From the IMG/VR virus record IMGVR_UViG_3300021182_000253: a stretch of 64,000 bases of DNA; one strand, 5' to 3'. A model generated the notes under the pieces. It had not been told where the DNA came from, searched no databases, and saw nothing but the letters and a program-made list of their open reading frames with translations. Of this stretch, positions 39,235-48,301 are shown piece by piece; positions within the stretch are counted from its first letter, which is position 1, and each line of letters opens with the position of its first letter. A program made the position numbers and the translations under genes. This DNA is from a virus.

Positions 39235-39363
39235 CGCGGGTGCGTGGAGTTGAACCACGGCGTGTAAGCTTTGCTTGATGTATCCTTCTGAGGGGACACG
39301 AGTAAAAAAGCTGAATGTATCTGATTAAATGTCAGGCGAAGCACCGAGCTTCTATACACCCGC
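39235..39363 (-). ncRNA. Element D: tRNA-like RNA with the shared module in the variable-arm position
   Basis: GCGGGUG/CACCCGC acceptor, GAAGC-UCGGU-GCUUC D-arm, CGUGG-UUCAACU-CCACG T-arm. Confidence 0.8.
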
Positions 39364-39384
39364 AAGAGTTTAAGCTATCGAGTA

Positions 39385-39451
39385 ATAGTGCTTTTTGGTT
39401 GTCCAGATACTCCGATCTGGACGTACGTTATTCCTAGCGTGTAAGCACTAT
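39385..39451 (-). ncRNA. Element F: mini module enclosing a hairpin that ends in ACCA
   Basis: AUAGUGCUUACACGC...GUCCAGAU-CGGAGU-AUCUGGAC-AACCA-AAAAGCACUAU. Confidence 0.6.
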
Positions 39452-39467
39452 ATGTTGATAACTTTAG

Positions 39468-39597
39468 TGGGGCTTTAGGGAGTTGAACCCAAGCGTGTAA
39501 GCTTCACAAAGATGCATCCTTTTACCGGGACGCGAGGGATAAAGCTGAGTTTTCCAACTTATGTAGTAGGTGCGGAACCGATCCGCTGTGAAGCCCC
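39468..39597 (-). ncRNA. Element E: tRNA-like RNA, paralogue of element D
   Basis: GGGGCUU/AAGCCCC acceptor, GCGGA-UCGGU-UCCGC D-arm, T-loop UUCAACU, same internal module. Confidence 0.8.
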
Positions 39598-39662
39598 ATG
39601 TAGAAAATATATCTAACTATTAGTAGAATTCGAAAAAATATTCGATTTCGAACCGGGAGGGC

Positions 39663-39690
39663 ATTCTGTCTGAATCCCAGCCTCTGTCAA
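39663..39690 (-). promoter_or_regulatory. Candidate promoter for the RNA cluster
   Basis: TTGACA-N16-CAGAAT about 65 nt upstream of element E. Confidence 0.45.
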
Positions 39691-39754
39691 ACTCGTTTTC
39701 TTCTTCTGGTATTTATTGGAGTGAGGCTAAGGTCTCTCGACTGTAAATGAATAG

Positions 39755-40270
39755 TCAACATAAAGTATTATCAGTGCAATTATTATCTAATGATGAGCAT
39801 GAAGTGAAATTTAACAATGCGCATTTGCCGTGCAATCTTTTAGATGCGTTATCATAAGCGAACGCAGCATCTATTTCGTTGTCAAAACTACCAAGATGGA
39901 TTTGCTGTCCTTCTGAGGTTATGTAAGCGAACCACTTTAAATCTCTTCTAAAAAAGCACACCCCTTTATATTTAGAGGATCCGGCCCACTTTCTTCTATT
40001 AATCTGATTTTCTGATCCTAGACATATTCTAAGATTATATCTTTGATTATTAGTTCCATTATGGTCTATGTGGTCAATATGCACTTTGGAATTTGTGATA
40101 CCAAAGATCACTCTGTGCATTCTTATAGTTTTCTTATTCTCTTTGCGTTGAGCATAATATACATCCCAGCGCTTATCATAATAAGCGTACCATTTATACT
40201 TATTTACCGATTCAAAATCATCGTCATCTACAAGCGCAACCTGTCCTTGTGTTAATTGAATTTCTTTCAT
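39755..40270 (-). CDS. HNH-AP2 homing endonuclease
   Basis: IDHIDHNGTNNQRYNLR; SSKYKGV...IHLGSF..EIDAAFAYD. Confidence 0.9.
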   Translation of the reverse strand: MKEIQLTQGQVALVDDDDFESVNKYKWYAYYDKRWDVYYAQRKENKKTIRMHRVIFGITNSKVHIDHIDHNGTNNQRYNLRICLGSENQINRRKWAGSSKYKGVCFFRRDLKWFAYITSEGQQIHLGSFDNEIDAAFAYDNASKRLHGKCALLNFTSCSSLDNNCTDNTLC

Positions 40271-41253
40271 TAAGCCACTAGAACTCTATTGAACGCAGAA
40301 ATATCAAGCTTAATCATTATCTCCGAACCAAATTGCACATCAGATTGATATTGAGAATATTCTTTACAGCCCCATTCATTATTCTTGGTTCTGTAAAGCG
40401 ATACAGATTTCCAAGTTCCGATGGACGGTTCGATTGCAGCAGCGGCCGCAATCACATCGTGCAAGGCTTTCCCGCCCGGGTGCTTCTTGAAGTAATGATT
40501 CATCCCAGCCTTAATGAAGTCAAGACCTGGGTGCGCTCCACTTGGGATCATCTCATTCGCTTCTGGGCTGTGGATAATTCCGTGGCAAACATTTTTTGGA
40601 ACGAAATTCCTAACTTCAATTGGAGGGCTAATATCTCTGGTTAGATACTCGGCCGCTCGCCAATCACCACCTAGATTGAAAGTTGGGCAGGTAAGCCGTC
40701 CATCGAACTTGGCCAATCGAAATTCTGGAGGCACGATATTGTCACCAGCAAATCCTCCTTGGCAAGTCCATTTTGAAAAGAATGATCCTTGTGATATCCT
40801 TCCGCCATCTGGAATGTTGGTCATGGCGTGAGCGGCATCTGCAATGTTTGTTAGAGCAGCTCCAGTCACCAAGTGAAATTCTCGTGGCTCGAAAGATATT
40901 CCGCGCGGTGGAATTATGACGTCATGAATTACTTCAGTTGCCGTTCCATCAGGATCTTGATCTGGGACTCTACCCAACCAATCATAATGGAATTGAGACA
41001 CTCTTGGTTTATCCCCTTTTGGAGTTCCAACCCCAACAGGAATCTTTTTACCAAGAAGATTCAATACATGTTTGACAAGGCCAACTTGATCTTTTCCGCC
41101 CGGATGAATGGTGACTGCCACTAGATTAGATCTCGGATGCGTTGCGAGCAATGCCATCGCAAATACATCATCAGGATCTGCAGTCTCCATATCGAAGAGG
41201 AAATTAGATATCATCTGTATTATCCAACTCGAACTCTTGGCACTTGCCATCAA
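40270..41253 (-). CDS. Inosine/uridine-preferring nucleoside hydrolase family protein
   Basis: FDMETADPDD, GAALTN, FNLGGD, ALHDVIAA. Confidence 0.8.
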   Translation of the reverse strand: MMASAKSSSWIIQMISNFLFDMETADPDDVFAMALLATHPRSNLVAVTIHPGGKDQVGLVKHVLNLLGKKIPVGVGTPKGDKPRVSQFHYDWLGRVPDQDPDGTATEVIHDVIIPPRGISFEPREFHLVTGAALTNIADAAHAMTNIPDGGRISQGSFFSKWTCQGGFAGDNIVPPEFRLAKFDGRLTCPTFNLGGDWRAAEYLTRDISPPIEVRNFVPKNVCHGIIHSPEANEMIPSGAHPGLDFIKAGMNHYFKKHPGGKALHDVIAAAAAIEPSIGTWKSVSLYRTKNNEWGCKEYSQYQSDVQFGSEIMIKLDISAFNRVLVA

Positions 41254-41410
41254 TGTTTCTCAAATGACATGGATGAGAAGTCACTTTGCTACCGCCATTT
41301 ACATAATCACGTTCTATTTTAACAGACTTAGCACAGCGTAATGACTTAACCCCTTCCTGGCTATCTACAATTACATATCCAATTAGTTTCATTTCTTCTT
41401 GAATAGGCAT
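41204..41410 (-). CDS. Small hypothetical protein
   Basis: 68 aa. Confidence 0.35.
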   Translation of the reverse strand: MPIQEEMKLIGYVIVDSQEGVKSLRCAKSVKIERDYVNGGSKVTSHPCHLRNIDGKCQEFELDNTDDI

Positions 41411-42051
41411 GTCATACTTCTATTGCTTCTATTTCTTGTATTCAAGCTTACAAAATCGATATGACTTTGCAGATAGTTCATCTCGTCAATTGTCATATAC
41501 ATACTATGTATATTATCTGGATTCTTTCTAATGAAATTTTCAATCATTGATAGAGTGCTGTTTGCGGGAGTTGCTCTAAACTCTGGATAGACATTCGGCA
41601 ATGAAGTGTGCAAATCTTCTATTACGTAATATCCACCAGGCTTAACAAATGGAAACAGGAAGCCGAAGCTTACCTGCTGTTGTTCCATGTAATGACCGCC
41701 ATCATCAACAATGATATCGAAGTCCCCGCCATGAGTATCAATGAAACTTTGTAGCTGGCTACGATTGGCCTGATCAGCCACGAATGTTTTCACTATATCA
41801 GTGTCATATTCGTTTTTTGGTTCTATATCAATTCCAAATACGCTAGCTTGTCTAAAGTAATTATTCCAGAGTTTCAATGAATCTCCGTTGTAAATACCTA
41901 TTTCCAATATTCTAATTGGTTTGTACATGTACTGAAAAAAGAAGCGCTCATAAATCTCAACGAAATTATGATCATGTGCTCCTTTATCAGTGCTATTAGC
42001 TAGCGCAGATAAATCACCAAGATGAACATTAACGGATACGGAAGGGTTCAT
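41389..42051 (-). CDS. Class I SAM-dependent methyltransferase
   Basis: ILEIGIYNGDS, FGIDI, FDIIVDDGGH, PGGYYVIED. Confidence 0.88.
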   Translation of the reverse strand: MNPSVSVNVHLGDLSALANSTDKGAHDHNFVEIYERFFFQYMYKPIRILEIGIYNGDSLKLWNNYFRQASVFGIDIEPKNEYDTDIVKTFVADQANRSQLQSFIDTHGGDFDIIVDDGGHYMEQQQVSFGFLFPFVKPGGYYVIEDLHTSLPNVYPEFRATPANSTLSMIENFIRKNPDNIHSMYMTIDEMNYLQSHIDFVSLNTRNRSNRSMTCLFKKK

Positions 42052-42262
42052 AATGTAAAACAGGATTGGCTAATTGCTGAAGTTTGAAGGCTTATGGTTG
42101 ATGGCTAAAATCTGAACAATCTAACTTCTAACCGCTAGTTTATCTATCGGTAACATTCGCCAGTTGTATTATTATTCCTGGTACTTTACACAAGTTCAAG
42201 GGCACCATTACCCTTGAGCAGGGCCGGCCGAAGCCGGCTTACTCACCCTTCCGTCCGAGTCT

Positions 42263-42796
42263 TCAAATGGTCAGTTTGACCACTTGGTTAGCTAATTCGA
42301 CAGATCCATTCAGGGAATCAAACTCTTCCTGAAGACTGTCCGCCAGCTCTGCTCGCTTTGCTTCTGGCAGCGCGCAGACGGTGGTTGATGTTTTGAGAAT
42401 ATACTTATCAGTATTCTCATCCCAAGATCTTTCTTGGTTGACGGCATTTTCAGTTGTCTGACATGGGAGAGCTCTCACCCAAGCAATTCTTCCCTTGAGT
42501 TCTTGCAGAACTCTAACTGCATGAGATAAGGAAATCTGGTTTCCTTTGTACTCAACCGTATTCTCCGCATTTGCAGCAGCCAATTTGCCTTGCAATGCCG
42601 CCAACTCAAAGCTTGCAACATCAGCTTTGGTCAACATCTCAGAGAAGGAGAATGCAGCTTGCTCACCTAACTTGTAAATCAGTGAGCTTTCGGCACGCTT
42701 GCGCGCTTCCGAGATCTGATTCTTTAACTTGCTTGCATATCGCAGCGCCTGTGAAATTGAAACTTCTGTCATAAATCCTCTATATACCTTTACCAC
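42263..42796 (-). CDS. Helical hypothetical protein
   Basis: ISQALRYASKLK...LSHAVRVLQEL...N pattern. Confidence 0.7.
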   Translation of the reverse strand: MVKVYRGFMTEVSISQALRYASKLKNQISEARKRAESSLIYKLGEQAAFSFSEMLTKADVASFELAALQGKLAAANAENTVEYKGNQISLSHAVRVLQELKGRIAWVRALPCQTTENAVNQERSWDENTDKYILKTSTTVCALPEAKRAELADSLQEEFDSLNGSVELANQVVKLTI

Positions 42797-43160
42797 ATTT
42801 TAGTCTGTGCTCGTAACAATGATTTGAGAATTCTACAGGAAGTGATTGGCACTGATCTCCGTTCTCAAATCTATGTATACAAGTAAATGTATGTTTCTTA
42901 ATCCAATCTTCCTTGGTAATTAGTTTGTTACTGATATTGCAAGGAACATCTTTAGCATCTGTTTCAACGCCACATTCACAACACTTAAACGTGACGTAAT
43001 ACTCTGAAGACCCATCATAAAAAGAACGTGATGTTTGATATAAATCATCTTGCTCTACCAAAAGAACAGCACCGCAACCACCATTGCCATTTCCGGCTCC
43101 GGTACACGTAAATTCTTTGGACCAACCATTTTGTGGACGCCCTGGAATTATAACCTTCAT
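42780..43160 (-). CDS. Zn-ribbon hypothetical protein
   Basis: CTG...GCG...CCECG...CIH...C. Confidence 0.6.
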   Translation of the reverse strand: MKVIIPGRPQNGWSKEFTCTGAGNGNGGCGAVLLVEQDDLYQTSRSFYDGSSEYYVTFKCCECGVETDAKDVPCNISNKLITKEDWIKKHTFTCIHRFENGDQCQSLPVEFSNHCYEHRLKCGKGI

Positions 43161-43182
43161 TGATTATCTTTGTCAAATAAAT

Positions 43183-43217
43183 TGTTCTGGGAACGATCGG
43201 TAATCATTCCCAGAACA
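43183..43217 (-). terminator. Terminator closing the Ubl operon
   Basis: TGTTCTGGGAA...TTCCCAGAACA inverted repeat immediately after the 43225 stop. Confidence 0.65.
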
Positions 43218-43224
43218 GGTTCAG

Positions 43225-43521
43225 TTACCCAGCGAGCCAACTGGAGAGAAGATGCATACCGAATGGAGTCTTCGGACGGAGAAAGATTCGGTTGTATGGA
43301 GTCTCTTCCGTAGATGCATATCGATCGACAATGAAGTCTGCGAAGTTTGCATTCGGATCTGCCGCGATGTTGGCAACTCCTCCTGTACGTACCGCCTCAG
43401 TTACCCAAGTGCGAACGTCAGTCTCTGTGGCATCGAAAGAAACGGGGTCGCGAAGATCTCCATTGTTTCCTGCCCAAGTAACGTTTACGATTGCTTCGTT
43501 AGCTGCAATTTGTGTATCCAT
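43225..43521 (-). CDS. Putative ubiquitin-like (beta-grasp) protein
   Basis: 98 aa with a beta-beta-alpha-beta-beta pattern ending RIFLRPKTPFG plus a 10-aa tail; strong AGGAGG RBS; adjacent to JAB. Confidence 0.55.
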   Translation of the reverse strand: MDTQIAANEAIVNVTWAGNNGDLRDPVSFDATETDVRTWVTEAVRTGGVANIAADPNANFADFIVDRYASTEETPYNRIFLRPKTPFGMHLLSSWLAG

Positions 43522-43553
43522 GTTATCCTCCTATGAGCGCAACCTTAGTTGCT

Positions 43554-43937
43554 TTAGTAATGAGAGAGTTCCCTTAACTTGTCCATCCAATCCCAATTAT
43601 TTGGGATTAGTTCAACTGTGACAATGTGTCTAGCATATGTTCCTTTATCATTATCAAAGAGACATAATACTTGTGAATCTGAGCTTAGAATGGGCCAGTT
43701 TAGGTGTTTCCCCAGTGCGGCCTCGATGGCCGCGAAAGTTGTTGTATCGGTGTATGATGGTCCGGGATAACCACTCCCTGGATGAGTATGAGCGAACCCG
43801 GTTACTTTATCACGATTTTCCCAAATTACATCCCAAAGATCGCGGCTATCTGGAAGTGCTCCGCCATTGCGATCGTGAGGCGTGTGCCAATGTATAACGG
43901 AATTATTTGGACCAAGCAATATTCCGGCTTCTTGCAT
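43554..43937 (-). CDS. JAB/MPN+ (JAMM) metallopeptidase
   Basis: E3...AHTHPGSGYPGPSYTD (HxH-x8-SxxD). Confidence 0.85.
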   Translation of the reverse strand: MQEAGILLGPNNSVIHWHTPHDRNGGALPDSRDLWDVIWENRDKVTGFAHTHPGSGYPGPSYTDTTTFAAIEAALGKHLNWPILSSDSQVLCLFDNDKGTYARHIVTVELIPNNWDWMDKLRELSHY

Positions 43938-43949
43938 GATTATTTTTTC

Positions 43950-44906
43950 CTAATCTACATGTCTGTAAACAACCAAGAGACGATCTCTTATAGCTTCTCT
44001 AATTACAGAAGGTAAGCTTTCAAGAGTGAAAAATGTGTCACCCTTTTCTCCGGTATGATGATCTGTAAGACAAATTCCAGAATCAATTATTCTTAGTGTT
44101 TTCTCATCACAAACACATTCAAATCTTCTTTGTTCTAGCCTGAATCTAACAACCATCTCGCCGCGTCTGGGTGCTCTTCGATGATCAAGATAATGAGCAC
44201 CACCTACTGCTAAAGCCGCTCTCGCAGCTTCACCGAAGTCAATCTGAGCAAGTTCTCGTCGCGTCTCGGCATTGCCAAGATTTGCGATTAGTGCTTGTCG
44301 TCTTTCTTCCCGAGCACGGCGCTCTTCCTCTTCGCGTCGAAGACGTTCAAGTTCTTGACGGCGGCGCTCGGCTTCAATTCTCTGCCACACTTCCATGCGG
44401 AAAGCCGCATCCAAAGCAGGCACTACACTTTTGATACCCCTACATTGATAGAAATCGGTAGGATTATCAAGAAAAATTTCCATTACTTCATCTTCTGGGC
44501 CAATAGGCATTTCCTGTTGCTTGAAAATTAGAGGGCCATCATCACAGGTACGCCCGGCAGAAATCCGCACAAATCGGTCAAGGCCATCTTCTAGCATAAA
44601 AACAGGCTCAGAATTGGCTGCAATCGTCTTTGGGTCAGGATCAACCCGAGCATCATCGAGTACCAAGCGGTCACCCACAAGGTACCCGGTAACTGTGTTG
44701 CTCAGGATATTGGGATTGGCCCCAACTGCCGAAATCTCGTAGCGTGTGGCTTTTCGCCCGGAAATAGTAAAGGAATACCAACCATGTTCGATTGGTAGTC
44801 TGTTCTCAATATTCCAGACTTGTCCGTTGAGGCAGAGAGATCTCCCGCCAGTCCAAGGCAAAGTAATGCTGTTGCCTTCAGTCTCTAGAAGATCTCTCCA
44901 TCCCAT
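43950..44906 (-). CDS. Hypothetical protein with a coiled coil and a putative E2-like C-terminal domain
   Basis: C-terminal IIDSGICLTD resembles the E2 G-x-ICL catalytic-Cys motif; operon context. Confidence 0.5.
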   Translation of the reverse strand: MGWRDLLETEGNSITLPWTGGRSLCLNGQVWNIENRLPIEHGWYSFTISGRKATRYEISAVGANPNILSNTVTGYLVGDRLVLDDARVDPDPKTIAANSEPVFMLEDGLDRFVRISAGRTCDDGPLIFKQQEMPIGPEDEVMEIFLDNPTDFYQCRGIKSVVPALDAAFRMEVWQRIEAERRRQELERLRREEEERRAREERRQALIANLGNAETRRELAQIDFGEAARAALAVGGAHYLDHRRAPRRGEMVVRFRLEQRRFECVCDEKTLRIIDSGICLTDHHTGEKGDTFFTLESLPSVIREAIRDRLLVVYRHVD

Positions 44907-44951
44907 TTGTTACCTACAGTCGAGGATTGTTATTCACTTAGATAAGATTGT

Positions 44952-45488
44952 ATGAAAGTAATTCCACTAACACAAGATCAAGTGGCGTTTGTTGATGATG
45001 ATATGTTTGAATATCTTAATCAGTGGAAATGGTACGCCGATAAGTGTGGAAACACTTATTATGCTTGTCGTAATGTATACAATTTTGGACCAGAAAGAAA
45101 ACATATAAGGATTAAAATGCACCATGCTGTATTTGGGCGTAACGTTCAAATAGACCATGCTGATGGAAACGGTTGCAACAATCAAAAAGAAAATCTAAGA
45201 GAGGCTTCTTCACTTGAGAACAGCAGAAATCGTAAAAAGAATACGGGCTGTTCTAGTAAATACAAGGGTGTTTATTGGAATAAATCACACCAAAAGTGGG
45301 AAGCCTCAATTAGGGTCGGTAAGCCTCTGCGGGATGGCCGTCACTGCAAAATGTATTTAGGTAATTTTGATAGTGAAATTGAAGCCGCAAAAGCTTATGA
45401 TCAACAAGCGATTAAGTTCGGTGAATTTGCCAAACTAAATTTCGCAATCAACTCGCCCACGCAGGTTTGTGTAGCAAATCAACCTTGA
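44952..45488 (+). mobile_element. HNH-AP2 homing endonuclease inserted antisense within the operon
   Basis: IDHADGNGCNNQKENLR; SSKYKGVYW...YLGNF..EIEAAKAYD. Confidence 0.88.
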
Positions 45489-46907
45489 TGATCTTATCCA
45501 CCAAGGTTTCTCGAACAAACGAGTATGCAGCTGCCGGAGCTTGTCGAACCGGAGTTGCCGCAATCAAGTTTCGAAGAGTACGCGGAGTTGCATAAACATC
45601 TTCAAATGTTCGATTGTCGATATTGAAGCAAGGAATATTAAGCTTTGCTGCCGTATCAACAACACAAGAACCACGGTCACCTGGCACTTTGATCAAACCA
45701 AAAGCCATTGGGCGAAGTCCGGAATTCCGAACATCATTCTCGAAGGTTGGGTGTTGACCTTCATCACCAACGAAGACAATGATTGAATCTTCGTCATCCT
45801 TTGGCTTGAATTTAGATATATGGCGTACACCACAGCCGTAATCTGTTCCACCGCTTGCACGGAAGCCCATGAAAGCATTGTCGATACCAGCCTTACTTGC
45901 AACTCGTAGAGGAACTTCACGAGCTTGTGTGTTGAATACACAAGCGTGAATATGATCAAGTGGAATTCCTTGAACGAATTTAGCCACATATTGTTTTGCC
46001 ATTTCTAAAGAAGCATTCATAGAACCAGAGATGTCTACGACGAAATAGATCCTGATTCCTTTAATTACTTCTTCAGCTGCTTTCTTGATGGCATTATCAG
46101 CACCATCTTGTAACTTCTCCTTGATTTCATTTGAAGTTACATTGCGTGCAATATTGGCTGAGCGCATATCTTCTGAATTCTTGATAGCGCGTTCCCAACG
46201 AGCCTTGATGTCATGAACATTAAGTAGTCCTAACTCTTCAAGAGTAGGAGTTCGAATGATCAAGTCCTTATCAGACATGAGATTCGCCTCAATGATTGAT
46301 GCCATGATTGCGCGGGTCAGACCAATATTCTTCGGCAACATGCCCTCAACTCGCTTGAGGCCAATGCGCTCGGATTGAATCCGCTCACAGATTTGCTCTT
46401 CGTTTAGGCCTTCCCAAGACTCTGCCTGAGTGACCGCAACTCCAATAGCCATCTCACGACGGCCATCTTCTGCTTGCTTCTGCTTCCAGCGCAGAAGCTC
46501 GAAGAACTTAGGAGATGTTGGCTTGTAGCCGACACGCTGTGCGAGGCTCATGACGGTGCTTCGGAAACCAGCCTTGATCAAACCCTCAAGCAACTTGGGG
46601 TTCTCTTCACGATACTGCAGCCACTTATCAACAGTCTTTGCCCAGCGCCCAATGAACGGCTTGCGATCGGAGCGAAGACTTGGCGATACATCCAAGCAGC
46701 AACTTCTGGGAAGATGCCAGCTTCACGATATTCACCCAAGACCGCGCCATTGGCGGTGACGATCTTCTTGTCTTCGCGTAGGATTCCGATTTGGGTCTTG
46801 GTGGTTTTCTTGCCAGTTTTCGCTAGCTTATAAACCAACTTCTGCCCGCCCACGATCTTGTGCGTAACAGGTTCCCATCGAACGCCAATTATGTATAAGG
46901 TGATCAC
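45448..46907 (-). pseudogene. vWA-domain protein split by a frameshift/deletion at about 46675
   Basis: Upstream ORF (46578-46907) ...AAWMYRQV joins out of frame to RSDRKPFIGRW... of the 415 aa ORF; C-terminal vWA MIDAS FVVDISGSM, GGTDY, VGDEG. Confidence 0.75.
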
Positions 46908-46951
46908 TATACGCCAGTACTGTCTGTAGAATTCTTTCTGCGGGCCCTAGA

Positions 46952-47359
46952 TTATCTTTGTCCATTTTTATTCTCTTTTCGCCTCTTGCGAGTTCTAATT
47001 CTGTGGCAATTTGCGCAAACTAATTCACATTTTTCAATCTCAGCCAATAATAAAGGCTCAGATCCCTTATAGATCATAGCCGATACCTTATCTATTTTTG
47101 TTTCTGGATTTATGTGGTCGAAATCCATAACCTCGACCGGAAATTTTTTGCCACAATCACAACAAGGACCAGTTTTTAAACTGTCCAATAATAAACGTAA
47201 CTTTTCATACTGACGTTTATTGCTTGCTATGATATCTGCTTTACGATCAGGATAAACATATGATCTAAAAATTGCATCACATGGTTTGCACCGTGGTGCA
47301 CGATATCCCAATGCTAAACCAACGAAAATTATCAGTTGGTTTTGTTTGTAGACAGTCAA
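46952..47359 (-). CDS. HNH endonuclease
   Basis: PCCDCG...MDFDH...KCELVCANCHRIRT. Confidence 0.88.
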   Translation of the reverse strand: MTVYKQNQLIIFVGLALGYRAPRCKPCDAIFRSYVYPDRKADIIASNKRQYEKLRLLLDSLKTGPCCDCGKKFPVEVMDFDHINPETKIDKVSAMIYKGSEPLLLAEIEKCELVCANCHRIRTRKRRKENKNGQR

Positions 47360-47423
47360 TACAACGGCGCATTCGCATCCATTTCATTGGTTTCTACCTA
47401 ACTCTTCTAGTGTCTAGAATCCA

Positions 47424-47990
47424 TCATCTTCCGTAGCCCAACTTGTCAGTGAAATCTTCTGCCAGAGTTTCCGTGTCCGCAATTCCGTAGAAGTAATTCA
47501 TCCCATGAAAGATTTCATGCGCAAAGACAGTCTTGAAATACTTGCTGTTACGATTTGACAAAGAGAAGGTATGCCACTGAATACTATCTGTGTAACCATC
47601 AACCGCAACATTTCCTTCTGCAATCGTTCGATTGTAGAAACGGTACTTAGTATCGTTCAAACACCGGTAGTCTTTGGTATCAGGCAGCAATGAAGCTTCC
47701 CAATGGAAGTTTTTTACTAAAGGCCTTCCCATTTCATGCGCCGCTATGAAGCCATTGTAGTTTTCGATCACTCTTGAGCAGACGGTATTAAGAGTTTTTA
47801 TGTCTTGATCTGTAAGTTCAGACCTTACCAACCTTCCATTGATCTTCTCGACATTCTCCACGATAGTGACACCGCAATCTAGAGTCACAGGAGTTTGTAA
47901 CAATTCTTCGGGCAATGGCTTGATATGTCCCTTTACTTGCGCGAAGGCGGTGTTAGTTACCAGAAGAATTAAAAGAAGTAATGCTTTCAT
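47424..47990 (-). CDS. Secreted zincin-like metalloprotease
   Basis: Signal peptide; FAHEIFHG (HExxH) plus a downstream E. Confidence 0.7.
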   Translation of the reverse strand: MKALLLLILLVTNTAFAQVKGHIKPLPEELLQTPVTLDCGVTIVENVEKINGRLVRSELTDQDIKTLNTVCSRVIENYNGFIAAHEMGRPLVKNFHWEASLLPDTKDYRCLNDTKYRFYNRTIAEGNVAVDGYTDSIQWHTFSLSNRNSKYFKTVFAHEIFHGMNYFYGIADTETLAEDFTDKLGYGR

Positions 47991-47992
47991 AG

Positions 47993-48301
47993 CTACTCCT
48001 TACTGACATCAACTACGATTGGCGGTGTCCCAACAAGTTCCGTTCGCTTCCGGGCGATGGCACTAACCAGCGCAGCGGCCGAATTGAGTTGAATTTCCTT
48101 CTTGTCCTCAAGGTGGGCGCAGAGCGCGCAGAGCCCGAACAGGATGTCGCCAAGCGATTCATTGTATTCGGCTATCGATCCAGAATCCACCAGGCCATCC
48201 ACACCAGACCTGATTTGCCTGAAGATTTCCTTGCGGTCGAGTTCGGTGTAGCTTTTCGCTACGCTCTCTGCCTGATTCCAAATTGTCTCAAAGTGCATCA
48301 T
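47993..48301 (-). CDS. MazG-like (all-alpha NTP pyrophosphatase) homologue, degenerate
   Basis: ESLGDILF motif. Confidence 0.55.
   Translation of the reverse strand: MMHFETIWNQAESVAKSYTELDRKEIFRQIRSGVDGLVDSGSIAEYNESLGDILFGLCALCAHLEDKKEIQLNSAAALVSAIARKRTELVGTPPIVVDVSKE

Noticed and set aside
38856-39597. Interpreting the repeated GTGTAAGC / CGCAGTCGAGG units as a second CRISPR array or simple tandem repeat
   Set aside because: Spacing is irregular and the units are embedded in tRNA-like folds with compensatory changes.
46542-46553. 12-nt match (CGAGGCTCATGA) between the oldest spacer and the vWA gene
   Set aside because: Flanks do not match and the encoded peptides diverge; a 12-mer hit is expected by chance in 64 kb. 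I saw no full-length protospacer in the window, but only scanned by eye.
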